Shown in pieces: positions 1-12,931 of a DNA stretch of 64,000 bases (position 1 is its first letter; every line of letters starts with the position of its first letter). Source of the DNA: Anthoceros angustus (lineage: Eukaryota > Plantae > Anthocerotophyta). A model generated the notes under the pieces. It saw nothing but the letters and a program-made list of their open reading frames with translations, made no database searches and was not told the origin of the DNA. Made by a program: the position numbers and the translations under genes. The stretch lies in assembly GCA_010909165.1 (NCBI GenBank), contig VJWM01000223.1, forward strand, positions 236,366 through 300,365. Direction: 5' to 3'.

Positions 1-1150
1 CCTCTTGCCACCGTAGCCAAAAGAAACAACTCCGAGATCCCGCTAGAGGGATCCTCGGGGGTAAAGTAATCTTGGAGATGGTCATAGACCATCCCCGTGA
101 ACTCCGTGGAAAGGCGGCGAGATAAGGCCCAGGAGCGGCCCTATCCAAACAAAAAGGCTCCTCGGTAAAGTAGTCCCTAATGTCTGGCAAAATGGGATCG
201 CCCGACGTCGGATGGAGGGAGTGAAGGGCGCTAATAGTCTCCTATGAAGCTGGCACCTCTAGCTCCGGTCGGAGAGCCCGAGCATACTCCCCTGAGGAGT
301 ATGCTCGGGCCAGTGCGACCAAGCAAAAAACACGACTTAAGACGCACCCTCCCAAGGTCCAGACAAACCCCATCCACCTTAGCGGAGTCTAACCGAGACG
401 TCACTGCGCACCCACACTGTTCTTGTAGAGCCTCCCAGTCCCCAGCACAAAAATCGCACAGGTGGAAGGTGACCTCTTGGGGGCCTGAAAAACCGCCACG
501 AGAGCGCCTAAGACACTACTTGAGGAGGAAAAGAAACAATGGCCAGGCAGCCTTGTCCTGGAGATCTTGCGTGAGACGCTCCAAAGGGAGCCGATAGGCA
601 AGACAGACGTCATCTTGAAGGCACCTCGGGAGGCGCTAAAATAGGCGAGGTGCGGAAAAAGAGGTGTTGTAGAGAGCCAAAAGGTGATCAGGTTGTCTGT
701 GAAGTCACTGCAAGAACCCTGAAGGAGGTCCTGAGTGAGAATTTGGGCTTGGAACCGAGGGAGCAACGACAGAAGAAAAAGCCAGCCGATATTGAGCCTC
801 CACGTTCTTTGGTCGAAGTCCTTGGGAACTAAGCCGATGTGGTTCCTAACCCCCCGAGTTGTGAAAAATTTTCCACAGACATGGCAAAGGGTATCCCGGG
901 TGGAGGTCGAAAAAGAAGGCCCCATGGCAGAGAATACCCTAAAAGAGAACCCACCCGACCGTCCCCGTCGTGGGCCCCACAAGACTTGTCCCCTCCAAAA
1001 AGTGAACCACCCGACTGTCCCTGTGGTGGGCCCCACCAAACCTGTCCCTGTGGAGGGCTTCACCAGACTCATGGACACTGCCTGAGCTCACACAAGGTGA
1101 CGCTGGCTGCACCTGCACATCAACTCCGCGACAACAAATTTTAAGCCTCT
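1..1150 (-). mobile_element. CRE-clade-like non-LTR retrotransposon, degenerate N-terminal/pre-RT part, continuing off the left edge
   Basis: Minus-strand translation across frameshifts gives a zinc-finger-like CHVCGKFFTTRGVRNHIGLV, then GEYARA...PAS*ETISALHSLHP and GMVYDHLQDYFTPEDPSSG. These resemble motifs preceding the RT domain of RLE-type CRE elements (recognised from memory). Boundaries approximate. Confidence 0.65.
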
Positions 1151-2161
1151 CGGCCCAAGTCCGGCCACACGACAACGGCTTGTGCCTGTGGCCTAACTCA
1201 CGGGCCCAGTTAACGCCATCGGCCATAAGCCGCGGGCCCGCCTATGCCGCCACGCCTCAAGGCGCGCGCGCTCTAGTCGCCATGCGCCGAGGGCCACTAT
1301 GCGTGCTCGCCAACGCCACCGCCAGTCCCTACATCTTGCGGCGCAGACTCCAGGCCGCGGCGGCCGGCTCGCCCTCGCACCGCCTCGCCAACCGCCACCA
1401 TGCCGCCACGACCATCGCACCGCTCCTTGCTTCTCCTTGCTTCGATGTCACATCACCAGCTATACAAATCTGATAAAGACAAGGAAATGGGAAGTGAAAG
1501 TTCTCGGAAGCTGCTTACGAAGCTTCGCTCGGCTGTCAGGTCGAAATGTTGTTACGATAATGGGTGCACTGGTTGGCTGTCGGGAAGGCAAGCTCCTTCC
1601 CTGAGGGAGGTCTTATCGCCTTTGACGGCACATATGGACTGTCGCCTTTCGATTGCACAATTCGGCTGGATTGCATCTCTTGAAATATCTCGTCTGAAAT
1701 TTTAAACACGTAAACCTGGAATTATTGCAGAAAGCGCGAGTCCTTAGCCAACCCTAAGGGTTCCAAGCGACCGAGAACGACAGAGGCACGCCTGGCAGGC
1801 GTTTCTGGGGAGGTACTGCATCTCCAAAGACCTACTCCAAAGAGGACCCGCATCTCCCAAAATCATCTCAGATTCGCAACAGATTGTCAAAAGTGAATCC
1901 TGGATAATCAATCCAGTCTGCCAATCAAAATAGATGATACAACAGCCCAATCCCGGCCGATGCAGTTCCTGAGGCTCTCAGATCCCCATAGCCTATCGAC
2001 AGTGTCAGCAAGACACCAGCAACAAGTATCTGGTGTGACGTAACTTGTCAAGGAACGAAGTGGGTTTCGGCCGGAGTGGATTTCTGCCGGTTACGAAGTC
2101 TGACTGCCATGGGATCCGAGATGTGCGATCGACCCACCGAAAATAAGTGCTTTAACAACTG

Positions 2162-5100
2162 TCAAAACTTGAAATCTTTTTGCTTCTTGGCCTTCCCTTC
2201 CTTCTCTTGAGCTTTTCTCTTTCGTTTCTTCTCAACCTACCGGAGTACAAGCAGAGCGTCAAATAAATAATCTCAGCTTCGGCGTGTCCAAAATATTCGA
2301 CCACAAAAGAACCATGTACAATACCTCAGCAACCATGTCACTGAAATCTTCTGGCTGGGCACTCCGTTTCTCCTCTTCCCGAGCTTCCTCAAACCTGTGA
2401 GACCAGTCTTAAGGCTCCTTGGTGCTCAGGAAAAGAGTGCATCAATGTTGGCAAAAAACAACAGAATTCTTACTTGGCAGCAAGCGCAACATCATCTAGC
2501 CCTTCCAGTTCCTCGGGCCTGAGTGTAATGTCGACCTTATCTGTTCTCTGACTCTTCAGCAAGTCAACCTGGTAACAAACAAGGTGATTATTGAAAACAG
2601 ATCCAGGCAAACCCGGGAAGCAATCACCGTCGCAAGAGGTAAAATACCTTCTTAACTCCGGGTTTATCTGCTGCTGGAATAACATACCTAGGGAAGTACC
2701 ACAACAATCAACAATGATCAGAAAACGTCACTGACTACGCTTGCAATCATGAATGTTAACAGCATTGAAGGTTCTGAGAATCAGTACGTATGAGATACAC
2801 CCATCAACGCTCCTGGTGCCACCCGCTCTTCTTTCTCTTCCAAAACCTACAGATGTGAGAAAACGACAGTAATCAGAAAGAAAGTGGACAACAGGAGTCA
2901 CGGCGCCTGATGACTATTCTGTTCAACTTACGTGATACAACTGCTTATCAGTTTCTTTTCTTTGGGATTTGCGGAGATCAATAACATCTGGGGTCTCCAC
3001 TCCAGTGGGTGTCCTGCAAAGACAACCAAATATTCAAATGTGACTTGAATGAACATATGCAGCTACCCAAAACAAGGAATATACATCACAATACACAAAG
3101 GAAACCATACGTTGACAAGCTATCAGCGACTGAAGCAACACCAGCTTGTAGCTCTGCTTCATCCATCTCTTCCTCCTCCTCTTCCTCCTCTTCCTCCTCC
3201 TCCTCCTCCTCTTCCAGATCACCCCAGTGCTTTGACCGGTCCACAGGTTCTTCCTGCAAATTAGAACAACTTGATTAAGTTACAAGAGATCAGGCAATCA
3301 TATACAAGATAACTACTGAACATTCACACTTACATCAAAGAGATCTGGTTCTTGCCGGTGAACACCAAACACATCACCATAAAGGGGCCGTCCATACTGC
3401 CCTTGTCATTGACAATCCCGGGTCAGTTTGCATCAAACATAGCATTTATTAAGCTGGCTTGACACTCAACGATATGTGCATTACCTCATCAACAGGAGGC
3501 TTTCCCCACCCTCCAGGATGGTAACCAAACATAGCATTCTCTGGTATAGGAGCATTTAAACCTGGTATCTTAAGGTGTGGATATGAAGGAGGAGGACCAT
3601 AGCGCTGCAAAACATATCCAATCCCAACTATGAGATAAAGATCCTTGCAGTGAAGCATCGGAATCATATGCTTCCGCTCAAGAAACAATAGTGCTCAAAA
3701 GATGCTTACTTGCATGTTTATCAGCCAAGGGGGTGGAGATCCATCTGGCATGCCTAATGCATCCTTCAATTCATGTGACAGATGCCCAGGTTTCATCTCT
3801 CGCAACTTGACCTACACACCACCTCAAGAGTTATGTAAAAAGATGCGCAAGTCAATAACACAACATAACACTAGCTTGTGCAAACATTTTAGAAGCTGAA
3901 GTCAAACCAACCTCAAACTCCTTGCCCTCATGATATAGGTCTCCATGAGAGGTCAATTTGGGTTTGGTTTGATATTTGAAGAATGCATCATGCAGAACCT
4001 GAAAAAGGCAACATAACCAAGGGGAGAGTGTTAGTGATAAAATGGCTCACACAAACCATGCTGCAAACACACACATGCAAGCACCAGCAAAGCTAGCTCC
4101 CAAAGGGCGAAGGAACACACCTGATAGTCAATGTCCATCTTCCCCATCTTCGGCTGCATCTTCTCCCTTTGCTTCTGTTTTAGTTTCTTGCTATCCTCTT
4201 TGTCAATGTACGCCTGACACCCAGAAACGGTTACCAAGTGAATATAAGAAGCAGAATTTTCATGTCCCACTCACCAGCTTGTAATACAAGCGACAGATTA
4301 CTGAAGCAAAGGGCAGTAACGCACCTGTCTTATTTTCTCAATGCCAGTTGCAGCAATGAAGTCGGGTAGTTGAAATGGCTGTTTCTCTATACCACGCTTT
4401 CCCTGCAGTCACAACCATGCACAAGGAAGTCAGCACAGCATTTTGGCTTTTCAATTGCACTGACCACTGATACCTAAAGTCCTCCTAGCAACAGGAATTA
4501 AATGCTCATATTATGATGACTTCACCAACAGCCGAGCACACTAGAGTTGCAACGCCCAACAAGTCTGCACTGCGAGGACCAATAGCTCCAAGTCAGAGCA
4601 CAAAAGAGAAAGTTGGGGTGCCTCATGCTTGCCACAATGTGTAGGCAGACGACACTAGGGTGGAAGATACTAGGGAATCGGATTGAGCTACAAGGATTTG
4701 GATCAGCGACACAACCCCCCTCACGCCTGAAATAAAGTCCATCAAGGTGGTCGCTATTTTCAAAATTCAGGGATGAACCAACCCCAATCTCAGTGCACAA
4801 CCCTGGACTCATCTCATACAATCAAACAAAAGACAGTCTCCACTCCGCCTGTGGCCACCTACATACCAGTCCTCCTTGCCAGTCAGAAACGGCGATGAAC
4901 CGCACCCTGCATCCACCACGTGAAGCAAATAAGAGGCATGACACCTAAGCCACTAGCAGCCCCCTCTTTGCACTCAAATGCAAGACCCACATGCAGTGAG
5001 GTCATCCACCTCCTTTAGGTATGACTCCTGGACACATAGCCACAGACCAGGACATGAGGTGAAAGTAATCACCTGTAAAAACTTCCGCTTTTGACACCAA

Positions 5101-6160
5101 TGCCTTGGTACAGGAACAGTATTCCGATATGCCTTTAAGAAAACAAGCAGGCGCGGATCTGCAGCTGTGGCATCCCAAACCTGCAAAGAATGAGCTAAAC
5201 CTTTTAGGACAAAACTGTGTTCCAGAGCACCATCCACATATGGAGCTAACCAGCCGATCAAGAGATAGTAATAAACAATTACCTCTACAACATCTGGCTT
5301 CAGGCATTGCTGCTTGAGTTCAGCAATCTTCATTCTCCGCTGAAGCTGCAGATAAGAGCAAAGTCCAAAGAGACCAGAAAGACTTAGCAACTTATTTTAA
5401 CTAAGCTACCATAGAACAGCAGTTGTCCAAGCGCTGCACAGCCAAGGAGGAACGAGCAGACAACCTTCTTCTGTTTGTTAGATAGACCCTTCGGATTTGA
5501 TTTGTTGCCCTGGTCATCCTCATCGTCATCGCTGTCTGCAGACGCTTTTTTCACATCTTGTGCTTGAGTGACCTCGTTCTTCAGCTCATCATCCTGAAAG
5601 AAATGTGAAATTTTGAAATCTATCATAACCGTCAGCAGAATGTTCCAGATGTGACCAGACAGTCTAAAATTTAAGACGCACCTTCAAAGAGACAGGAAAC
5701 ATCTCCTCAGCTACAGAAAATTTTTCAAAAACCCGGAAGAAGTCCTGAACTGCGGGGTTTATGTTCCCGGAATCGTCTGCGAGGTCTGGCTTCTCGGACA
5801 CGTACTCCACCACAACTTTCTCAACTGGCTGCAAAGAGTATTGCGGACTTGTAAGAGACTGAATGACAAGCACCCAATCTTTTGAAGTCAAAGTTATGGA
5901 ATGGTGTGCAGCAACGCGGGCCTGCACTTTACAAAATCACTCGCAAGTAGGGCGGGGTGAACACAAACCTCTTTGACTGTCTCTTCCGCATCACTCTCGC
6001 CCCCGTCATCTGCACCATTTTCAGTAGTGTGATTGGCTTCAGTGCCTTTCCCTTTCTTTTTTTGCTTCCTGCGTCTGCGCCGTTTCTCTGCCTCCCGAGC
6101 CTTCTTGGATTCCGCAGTGACTCCATTTTCAACCGGCGGTACTGCTACCTCTTCTCCCAT
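2162..6160 (-). CDS. SF3B2: Splicing factor 3B subunit 2 (SF3b145/Cus1), multi-exon
   Basis: Exons encode MGEEVAVPP...RRRRRKQKKK, LQRRMKIAELKQ..PDVVE/VWDATAADPRLLVFLKAYRNTVPVPRHWCQKRKFLQ/GKRGIEKQPFQLPDFI, KMQPKMGKMDIDYQV, RYGPPPSYPHLKIPGLNAPIP..GGWGKPPVDE and the terminal KKQKDFKF*. ATG at 6160, stop at 2162-2164. Confidence 0.95.
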
Positions 6161-6220
6161 GTCAGACCGAAGGATAGTGAGCTTGACGCAGGGAGTGCGC
6201 TTCAAGGAACCAAGTAACAG

Positions 6221-6245
6221 TGGCCCTAACTTCTTATAAACCCTA
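6221..6245. promoter_or_regulatory. Telo-box (AAACCCTA) with an adjacent TGGCCC site-II-like motif upstream of SF3B2
   Basis: aaacccta at 6238-6245 and tggccc at 6221-6226, 60-85 bp upstream of the ATG. This motif pair is typical of plant translation and RNA-processing genes. Confidence 0.45.
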
Positions 6246-6837
6246 CAACGCTAACAGTGCACGATTACAGCTAAGCAAACGGATATCCCCGCAGTCCACG
6301 ACTCGATATCTTTATCAACGGATCGTAATTAGGTGCCAACAGACCAATGTATGCACATATGAAGGAGGAGATGGGTGAAGGATGGATCGTCTATTTCTGA
6401 ACCCGAGTAAGAGCAAATGGCTCCTCGACGGATGTGCCGTCCTGGGAGGCACGGGTACAAACATGGAAAGACGTTTTATGCGCTAACTTTTTCTTTGCAG
6501 GACAAAGGAAAACGGTGTCGTCACAAGGGTATCGAAGAGAGGCAAGCATAGAAGTGGGAAGGACAAACGTGAGAGCAAAAAGAGAATCCGGTCTTGCCTT
6601 GCGGCGCATTGATAGCCCTTATGGAAGCGTGAACCAATTCTTTTTTTAATAAATTTGTATGGATAAACAATGATTTTAAAAAAAGGCTCCAAATTAGGCT
6701 CTTTCCAACCCTTGTGGAGCCCATTTGGTTGGCATGGACCTCCCCATAATACTATTCCTTCACCTACAATTCCATGAAAGCGTCTATAATATAAGTATTA
6801 TATTCATAAAATAATATATATATTAATATCTAAATAG

Positions 6838-7130
6838 TATTGTAAATCCTTCAGACGTAAATTTTTCAAGTTGTAATCTAATTTGTAAATTGTGTTGTAA
6901 AGCCAACGATTCGCAAATTTTTAAGGTTGTAAATGGCCTTGTAAACTAGGTTGTAAACTAGGTTGTAAAGCATGTTTGGATTATGTTGTAAAGCAGGTTA
7001 TATATTAGACTGTAAAGTAGATTGTAAAGCAGGTTGTAAAGCAAATTGTGGATTAGGTTGTATAGCAGGTTGTAGATTAGGTTATAAATGGCCTTGTAAA
7101 ATAGGTTGTAACATGCATTGTAAAAAAATA
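6838..7130 (+). repeat. Degenerate ~12-bp (GGTTGTAAA-core) tandem array, left block
   Basis: Repeated ggttgtaaacta/ggttgtaaagca/gattgtaaagca units at about 12-bp spacing in AT-rich DNA. Confidence 0.8.
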
Positions 7131-7139
7131 TCGATTACG

Positions 7140-8340
7140 TTTTCTTGAGGGAAAAAATGATGGGGAAAAACCCATCCAGTAGGGTACAGTGAAGGTGGAC
7201 CCTGGGGGTCAAGGTGAAAAGGAGTGGTTAAGCTCTTTACCTAAAGTTACCTACTGCTCTTAGAACATCATTTGCAGGAAGAACAAATGGCCTGTAAACT
7301 ACGGAGGAAAAGGAAGAAGCGTCAGCTATCGTCGCCGACTTGTAAAGGATTGCCGTCGAGAGGGCCCTTTGGAGGGCAATGAAGATTGGCTGTCTGAAAT
7401 AAGCTGTGAAAAATAAGAAAGGGCCAACTCCGCGCCATGCCTACGGGCGTGGTTGGATTTGGCACAAGACATGAGAAATTTATCTAAGTCCGCAGCCATT
7501 TGCCCTTACGTTTCGAGTGCGAGCGGAATAAATAAGTGGCCCGCTTGCATCCCGCTATACTTTCTGACCTTGAGAGCTACAGTAGTCGCGGTAGCCCAAC
7601 CACAACAGTTAGTGATAACCTGAGCGGAGATGGTGTCTCAAGCAAGGTCACTAGCTACTACGTCCGCCACTGAAACCTGGTCACTACGGACAAAGTACAA
7701 GTCAGCCTTGATTGAATGACCTATTCGAAGAATGTAGCCTCGCTCCCTCCAGGCCATGTAGCCGCTTTCGCGAGCTATGGCAAACATGACATCGTGGATA
7801 GAGTCATGGATGGCAATGCGATGACCTCCATAGGGACAACGAGCCAGGTGTACCCTAGAGTCATCGAGGGCAGAGCCGCACTTGCAGGTAAGGAGGGAAG
7901 ACGCCACAAGCTGAAGTAGGCCAAGACACAATCGTATCGTAGCGGTGAAGGTGGTTGGTACGATGACAAAATCCCATATACATGGACAAGCCAGAAGCCA
8001 AGTGACTGTGCCCTTACTAGAACAAGAGCGAAGACGAGCCCACGAGGTCTTAGGGATGGAGGGGTCTAAGAGGACGGATTGGAAGGCTTGGCCGAGTTGC
8101 TTCTCAAGCAACAACCCCTGCAACCCCTTGAAACCATCGGAGCTGAACTTCGAGAAAGGAGGAAATTTCCGCCGAGAATCCGCCAGAAGCATTTCTTTAC
8201 ACTGCCTCAAGGAAATTTGGAGAGGGAAGGTGTCCTCCTCCACACTAGACACAAGATCCTCCAGAAAGGGCCTATCGTAGAGGATGAAGCGAGAGGCCAA
8301 AGCAGGAGCTGATAGGGCCCAGCTGCCTAAGGTACATACA
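7140..8340 (-). mobile_element. 5'-truncated CRE-like non-LTR retrotransposon: C-terminal zinc knuckle plus restriction-like endonuclease (RLE)
   Basis: ORF 7638-8459 encodes ARLRSCS..WL...P, CKCG..LD...HLARC..GGHRIAIHD and KADL...VADVV (PD..D core). Downstream frames give FIPLALETxG and YFRQPIFIALQRA, the typical RLE-clade C-terminus. The block is more GC-rich than its flanks. Confidence 0.8.
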
Positions 8341-8349
8341 ATGGAAATA

Positions 8350-8720
8350 AGGTTGTACTCTATGTTGAAAAATAAGAGTGTATGTAGGTTGTAAATGCGA
8401 TTGTAAAATACCTTGTAAATAAACCCGCTTTTACAATGGTTATGCAGTTTAATTTTCAATAGTTAATTTATCAAACTACAACCTCTCATTAACAACCTAC
8501 TTTACAACCTAGATTACAAGCCAACTATGTACAAAAGGCATTGTTTCTTAAGTTGTAAACTTGCTACCTAGATATCTTACCCCTCGAGTGCTAATGTGGC
8601 CACCACATCAACAATTTTACAGCCTCATTAACCTGTTAATCTATGAACGTGTAAATGTATGTATTTACAACGTGAGGTTACAAATTACGTTGTAAAATAA
8701 AATGTAAAAAAATTGTAATT
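8350..8720. repeat. Continuation of the TTGTAAA array, switching to the inverted (TTTACAA) orientation
   Basis: ggttgtaaatg/ttgtaaaata/ttgtaaata at 8385-8420, then tttacaat/tacaacct/tttacaacctagattacaa at 8430-8520. Confidence 0.6.
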
Positions 8721-8873
8721 CTTGTAGTGAATGTTTGATCCTCGTGTCATAGCGCCCGCTTGCAATAATTTGGTATTTGTAATAAAACGTGTTTTGTTGG
8801 AGAGTGCATCGCTTCATTTCAAAAAATGGGAAATCCAAAAAGTGGGAGAATGTGACATCTCTTTGAAAGTGAT

Positions 8874-9017
8874 TGATTGCCATGGCCATTAGTTTAGGAA
8901 TTTTAGTCCAATTTTGTACTAATTCAAAAACTTGACAATTACCTGTGATTGCCATGGCCATTAGTTTAGGAATTTTAGTCCAATTTTGTACTAATTCAAA
9001 AACTTTGACAATTACCT
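8874..9017 (+). repeat. 72-bp direct tandem duplication
   Basis: tgattgccatggccattagtttaggaattttagtccaattttgtactaattcaaaaact(t)tgacaattacct occurs twice (8874-8944 and 8946-9017). Confidence 0.9.
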
Positions 9018-9224
9018 TAATAATAGCAAGGGAAAAAACTCTGACCATTGAATGCCCCAACACTCATATGATAGCTCTGTGTTCAAAGGCGGTGATTGCA
9101 TTTCAAACCTCTTAGAGGTGAAAAAGTCGAAGCTCCAAAGACGGAAATGCATTAGCCTTGAGCACGGAAATACGCATGACTCCGGTCGATAGTAGGACAT
9201 ATCGGGCTTGGCTAACAACTCTTT

Positions 9225-9325
9225 ACCACAACATTTTTCTAGTCCCTCCACACTAACCTTACTTATGCCAAGTTGTAGTGAGGTAAGCGTGAGAAAATAA
9301 TCTCTTACCACATATCATTTGGAAT
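9225..9325 (-). pseudogene. F-box motif pseudogene fragment
   Basis: Minus frame reads IPNDMW*EIIFSRLPHYNLA*VRLVWRD*KNVV, matching the F-box consensus LPxDLxxEIxSRLPxxxLxxxRxVCKxW. Its three stops are each a single substitution from a sense codon. Confidence 0.6.
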
Positions 9326-9540
9326 TCTACATTTACCTCTGTTGGGTTCACCAATATGTTTATTTCTTCCACGGCCTAAACACCTTCCCATTTGCAAAAT
9401 GTTTGCCTCTTCGTTTTCCTTTTTTGAACTAGTGCTACCTCCTCTGGCTTACCATCCTAATTTTGGACTCCCACTTTAGCCATAGACCTTATTCTGGACG
9501 AGATTGTGCCATCGTTCAAAGCTATTGTGGACTAGCTGAG

Positions 9541-9775
9541 TGTTGTGACCTTGCACGCCGACTGCACTGGGAGCGTAGTTTAGGGCACGGTTCACATGTG
9601 TAGGTTTTTAATCACAACTAGAACGTGGTAGATGGTAATTACTGTACTTAACCTCAGCAGTTATTGGACCAGTTAGTTATGATGAGAGCAATTAATACTG
9701 CAATCAGTACATGTATAAATATGCCCCTTTCATCAATGAAAATCATCCTTTCCTCAAGACTTGTGCCCCACTTTA
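9541..9775 (+). repeat. Copia 5' LTR (TG...TA)
   Basis: Direct repeat of 12932-13166, followed immediately by the PBS. Confidence 0.95.
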
Positions 9776-10440
9776 TGGTATCAGAGCAGAGGAGTCGCGC
9801 CCCGTTTGGCTTCGCACACGCGCCTCGCGCTTGGCTCTCCACAGCCACCCGACATGGCGCGCACCCGGAGCAACGGCGGCAACCTTCAACGATCTCGAGT
9901 CTTCTACCATGCCTCGGCGCCGAGCTCCAGCTACGCCCCGAGCAGAAATTCTCCAAGAAGGATCGCTATCACGCAGCCCCGCTGCCCAAGACTAGTGGCC
10001 GGGCGCACCTGCACCTGCTGCGTAGACACCTTCGTCAGCCAATCAAGTCCTCCACCCGAGTTAGAGGCCCATCAAGAATTCATAGTGGCGATCCTACCGC
10101 TTGAGCGACCTCTCCGGTGTTCCGTAATCCCTCGACCTCCTCAGGATTACCTTAAGAGTCGATTAGTGCTAATCAAATCGTAGATGGAGGCACTTCTTGT
10201 CGCTATCTCCAACCTGCTTGTACACACAAACAACGAATCGGATGCACTACGGGTAGGCGAATGCCTCATTTCGACCCACTAGGTCAGCATACAACCAAGT
10301 TGCTTGCTAAGAAACTCACCGTCTTGCAGTACCCATGGCTCAAATTATAAATACAACCAAGGTAGAGTTTAGAGATCGAGACCGCGAGGCGACTCGACAT
10401 CGGCGGATGTGCATCAACTGCTGCGGAGGAGCATGACCTC

Positions 10441-11350
10441 ATGGGGATAGTCGATGCTGGCCGCCCAACCTTCCACCACATCCAATCCCCTACAACGATC
10501 GGGGTTGCAGCTTGGACCAAGAAGGACAAGCGTGCCCGTAGCATCCTGATTTCTTCCATTGACAAGAGTATGATGCACCACACAAGTGACCAAGCCACTT
10601 CCAATGCCATCTGGAGGACTTTCAAAGACATGTTTCAGGCCCAAAGCAGCATGTCCCTAATCAATGCAACAAGACAGTTTTATTCACTAAGAATGAAAGA
10701 CTCGGATACGGTCGAACAACATGTGAATGTGTTCCGATCCCTCAGAGCAAAGCTAGCCTCAGGAGGCACCGTTATCTCCGAACATCAAGCCGCAGTGGCC
10801 CTTCTAACCTCTCTGCCACCTACATACAGGACATTTATTAGTCGCGAAATTGACGGTCGTCGGCACCCTTGCAGCGGCGGGCGGCAATCCACTTACACAT
10901 TTACTGAGGTGGTTGCAGCTCTCCTTGAGGAGGAATCCAGCAGATCCACGAGCCACAAGGTAGGTCCATCCAGCACTATTGCACTCTTCACATCAAGAGG
11001 ACGCGGCGCCAGGAGAGGTGGCGGCCGCGGTAACTTTCAGGCACGAAGGCCCTCCACGCAGCCACCTTTCGGCAGCAACAAGCTATCCGTCCGCAGGACA
11101 AAGGCCCGTCTGGCGGTGCGCATTCACAGGCACTTGGCAGTGTAGAAAGAAGCTTGCTGGCGAACCTCGTCGCGAATCACCTCGCAAAGAATCACATTAC
11201 ACCAGCACGAAGTCAGCTTTCCCACCTTATGTCCTTGCTGTATGCTTAACACTCACAAGAACGGATGAAAATAGATGGTTCCTGGACTCTGGAGCAACTA
11301 CGCATAATATCTGCAGCAGCAAAGAAGCTTTCGAATCTTACCACGATTGA
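10441..11350 (+). pseudogene. Copia gag (UBN2-like) and aspartic protease, frameshifted
   Basis: WTKKDKRARSILISSI..AIWRTFKDMF..FYSLRMKDSDTVEQHVNVF..ALLTSLPPTY (gag) and WFLDSGATTH (protease). Confidence 0.9.
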
Positions 11351-11829
11351 CCTGCAAACCAGCATGTCCTCCTAGGAGACAGGCATGCGAGGCCTGGAAA
11401 CGTCTCACTGCGGTGTCGAGCGAAAGCCTCCTCATCACGGAGTGCACGTCCATGACAAAGAACCTTGATCGATCAAGCTAGCTCACGAACACCTAGTCAT
11501 CACCTTTCGGGTAACCACCGCCTCATTCCGCAGTTGATGACCCATCTAAAACTATTCTTGCACATGGTCTCCCATACAATGATCTCTATCTCCTCAACAT
11601 TCAATCAACTTCCCTGCTGGTAGAAGCTCAAAAGTCAGCCCCTAGGTCTCATCCGTCAGTTCCCTCCTCACAGCATCGGTGGCCACATGAGTGCACTATC
11701 GAATTCCTTATCCAACCTTATAATGTACAGAGACCCAATACCATCAAAGCTATCTTCAGATTTATACTGCGAAATCTGTTAATACACCAAACTGAACCAG
11801 CTACCATTCAATGATCCCTTACCTACGAG

Positions 11830-12520
11830 AGCCAAATGCCTGCTTGAAGTCGTCCATTCAGACATCTGTGGCCCCATGAGCACATCCTCTTTCGGCGGTC
11901 ACTTATATTTTCTTACTTTTCTAGATGAATGGAGCCGATATTGCCACATATACTTCCTTAAGCACAAGAATGAAGCCCTTCAGTGCTTCCAGGAGTTTGT
12001 TGCCATGGCAAAACGGCACACTAGACTTCCAGTCAGTACCCTCAGGCAAACAATCTTTGGAGTACATCGACCACTCTTCTCGTGTCTTGCATCTAAGGGC
12101 ATCACCCGGCAGCTCATAGTACCATACACACCAGCACAGAACCCTTTTGCAGAAAGACTAAACAGATCTTTGCTGGAGATATCTCGATCGTTGCTCGAGC
12201 TGGCAGGCCTCACACAAGGATATTGTGCTGAAGCCGTCTCAACAACCAACTATATCAAGAACAGACTGCCGACAAAGGAGCTTCCAAATGTCACACCCTA
12301 TGAGCGTTGGACAGGAGAGAAGCCCCGCATATCTCATCTTCGCATTTTCGACAGCCCAGCATTCGCCCACATTCCAGCTGACCTGCGCAAGAAATGGGAC
12401 GACAAAAGTAAGAAGCTGCTGTTTATTGGTTACTCTGACCAATCTAAGGCCTATCGCCTGATTGATCCATCAACTCGTCAGGTAACCCTATCCCGTAGCG
12501 TTCATTTCCATGAAGCCACC
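11830..12520 (+). pseudogene. Copia integrase (rve core plus SH3-like domain)
   Basis: LEVVHSDICGPM..GGHLYFLTFLDEWSRY..FLKHK..VPYTPAQN..AERLNRSL..TPYERWTG.KP..HLRIF..FIGYS..SKAYRL. Confidence 0.92.
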
Positions 12521-12931
12521 TTGCTTAACATTTATCTACAATCTGTTTCCAACTCCAGGGAAAGGCCACTGAGAACACACAGAACTCGAATAGCTGGAGT
12601 CGCAGCACGGCCAGCAGCTTAGAGCGCAACACCATCATCACCCTTCGGAAGATGTTGCGTCACTGCTATCTTGAATTGCTCCAAGCTGACCGAGTCGTTC
12701 TCAGACTGTGAAGCTTTTCGCCCGTGTTTCATGAGAGAAGAGCTCTCCTTCAGCTTTATGCGCTTGGGTACTTCAGCTTCTGCCAACTGTGTCACTCTGT
12801 CACCAATGGCATCGATGACGAGCGAAAAAGCCGATCGCCGGCGAATACTCGGCACACGAGCGGGCGTAGGAGATCGAAGCCATCTTCGACATCACTCTCA
12901 GTTGTTGCACCCAGTTTGCAGCGAGGGGGAG

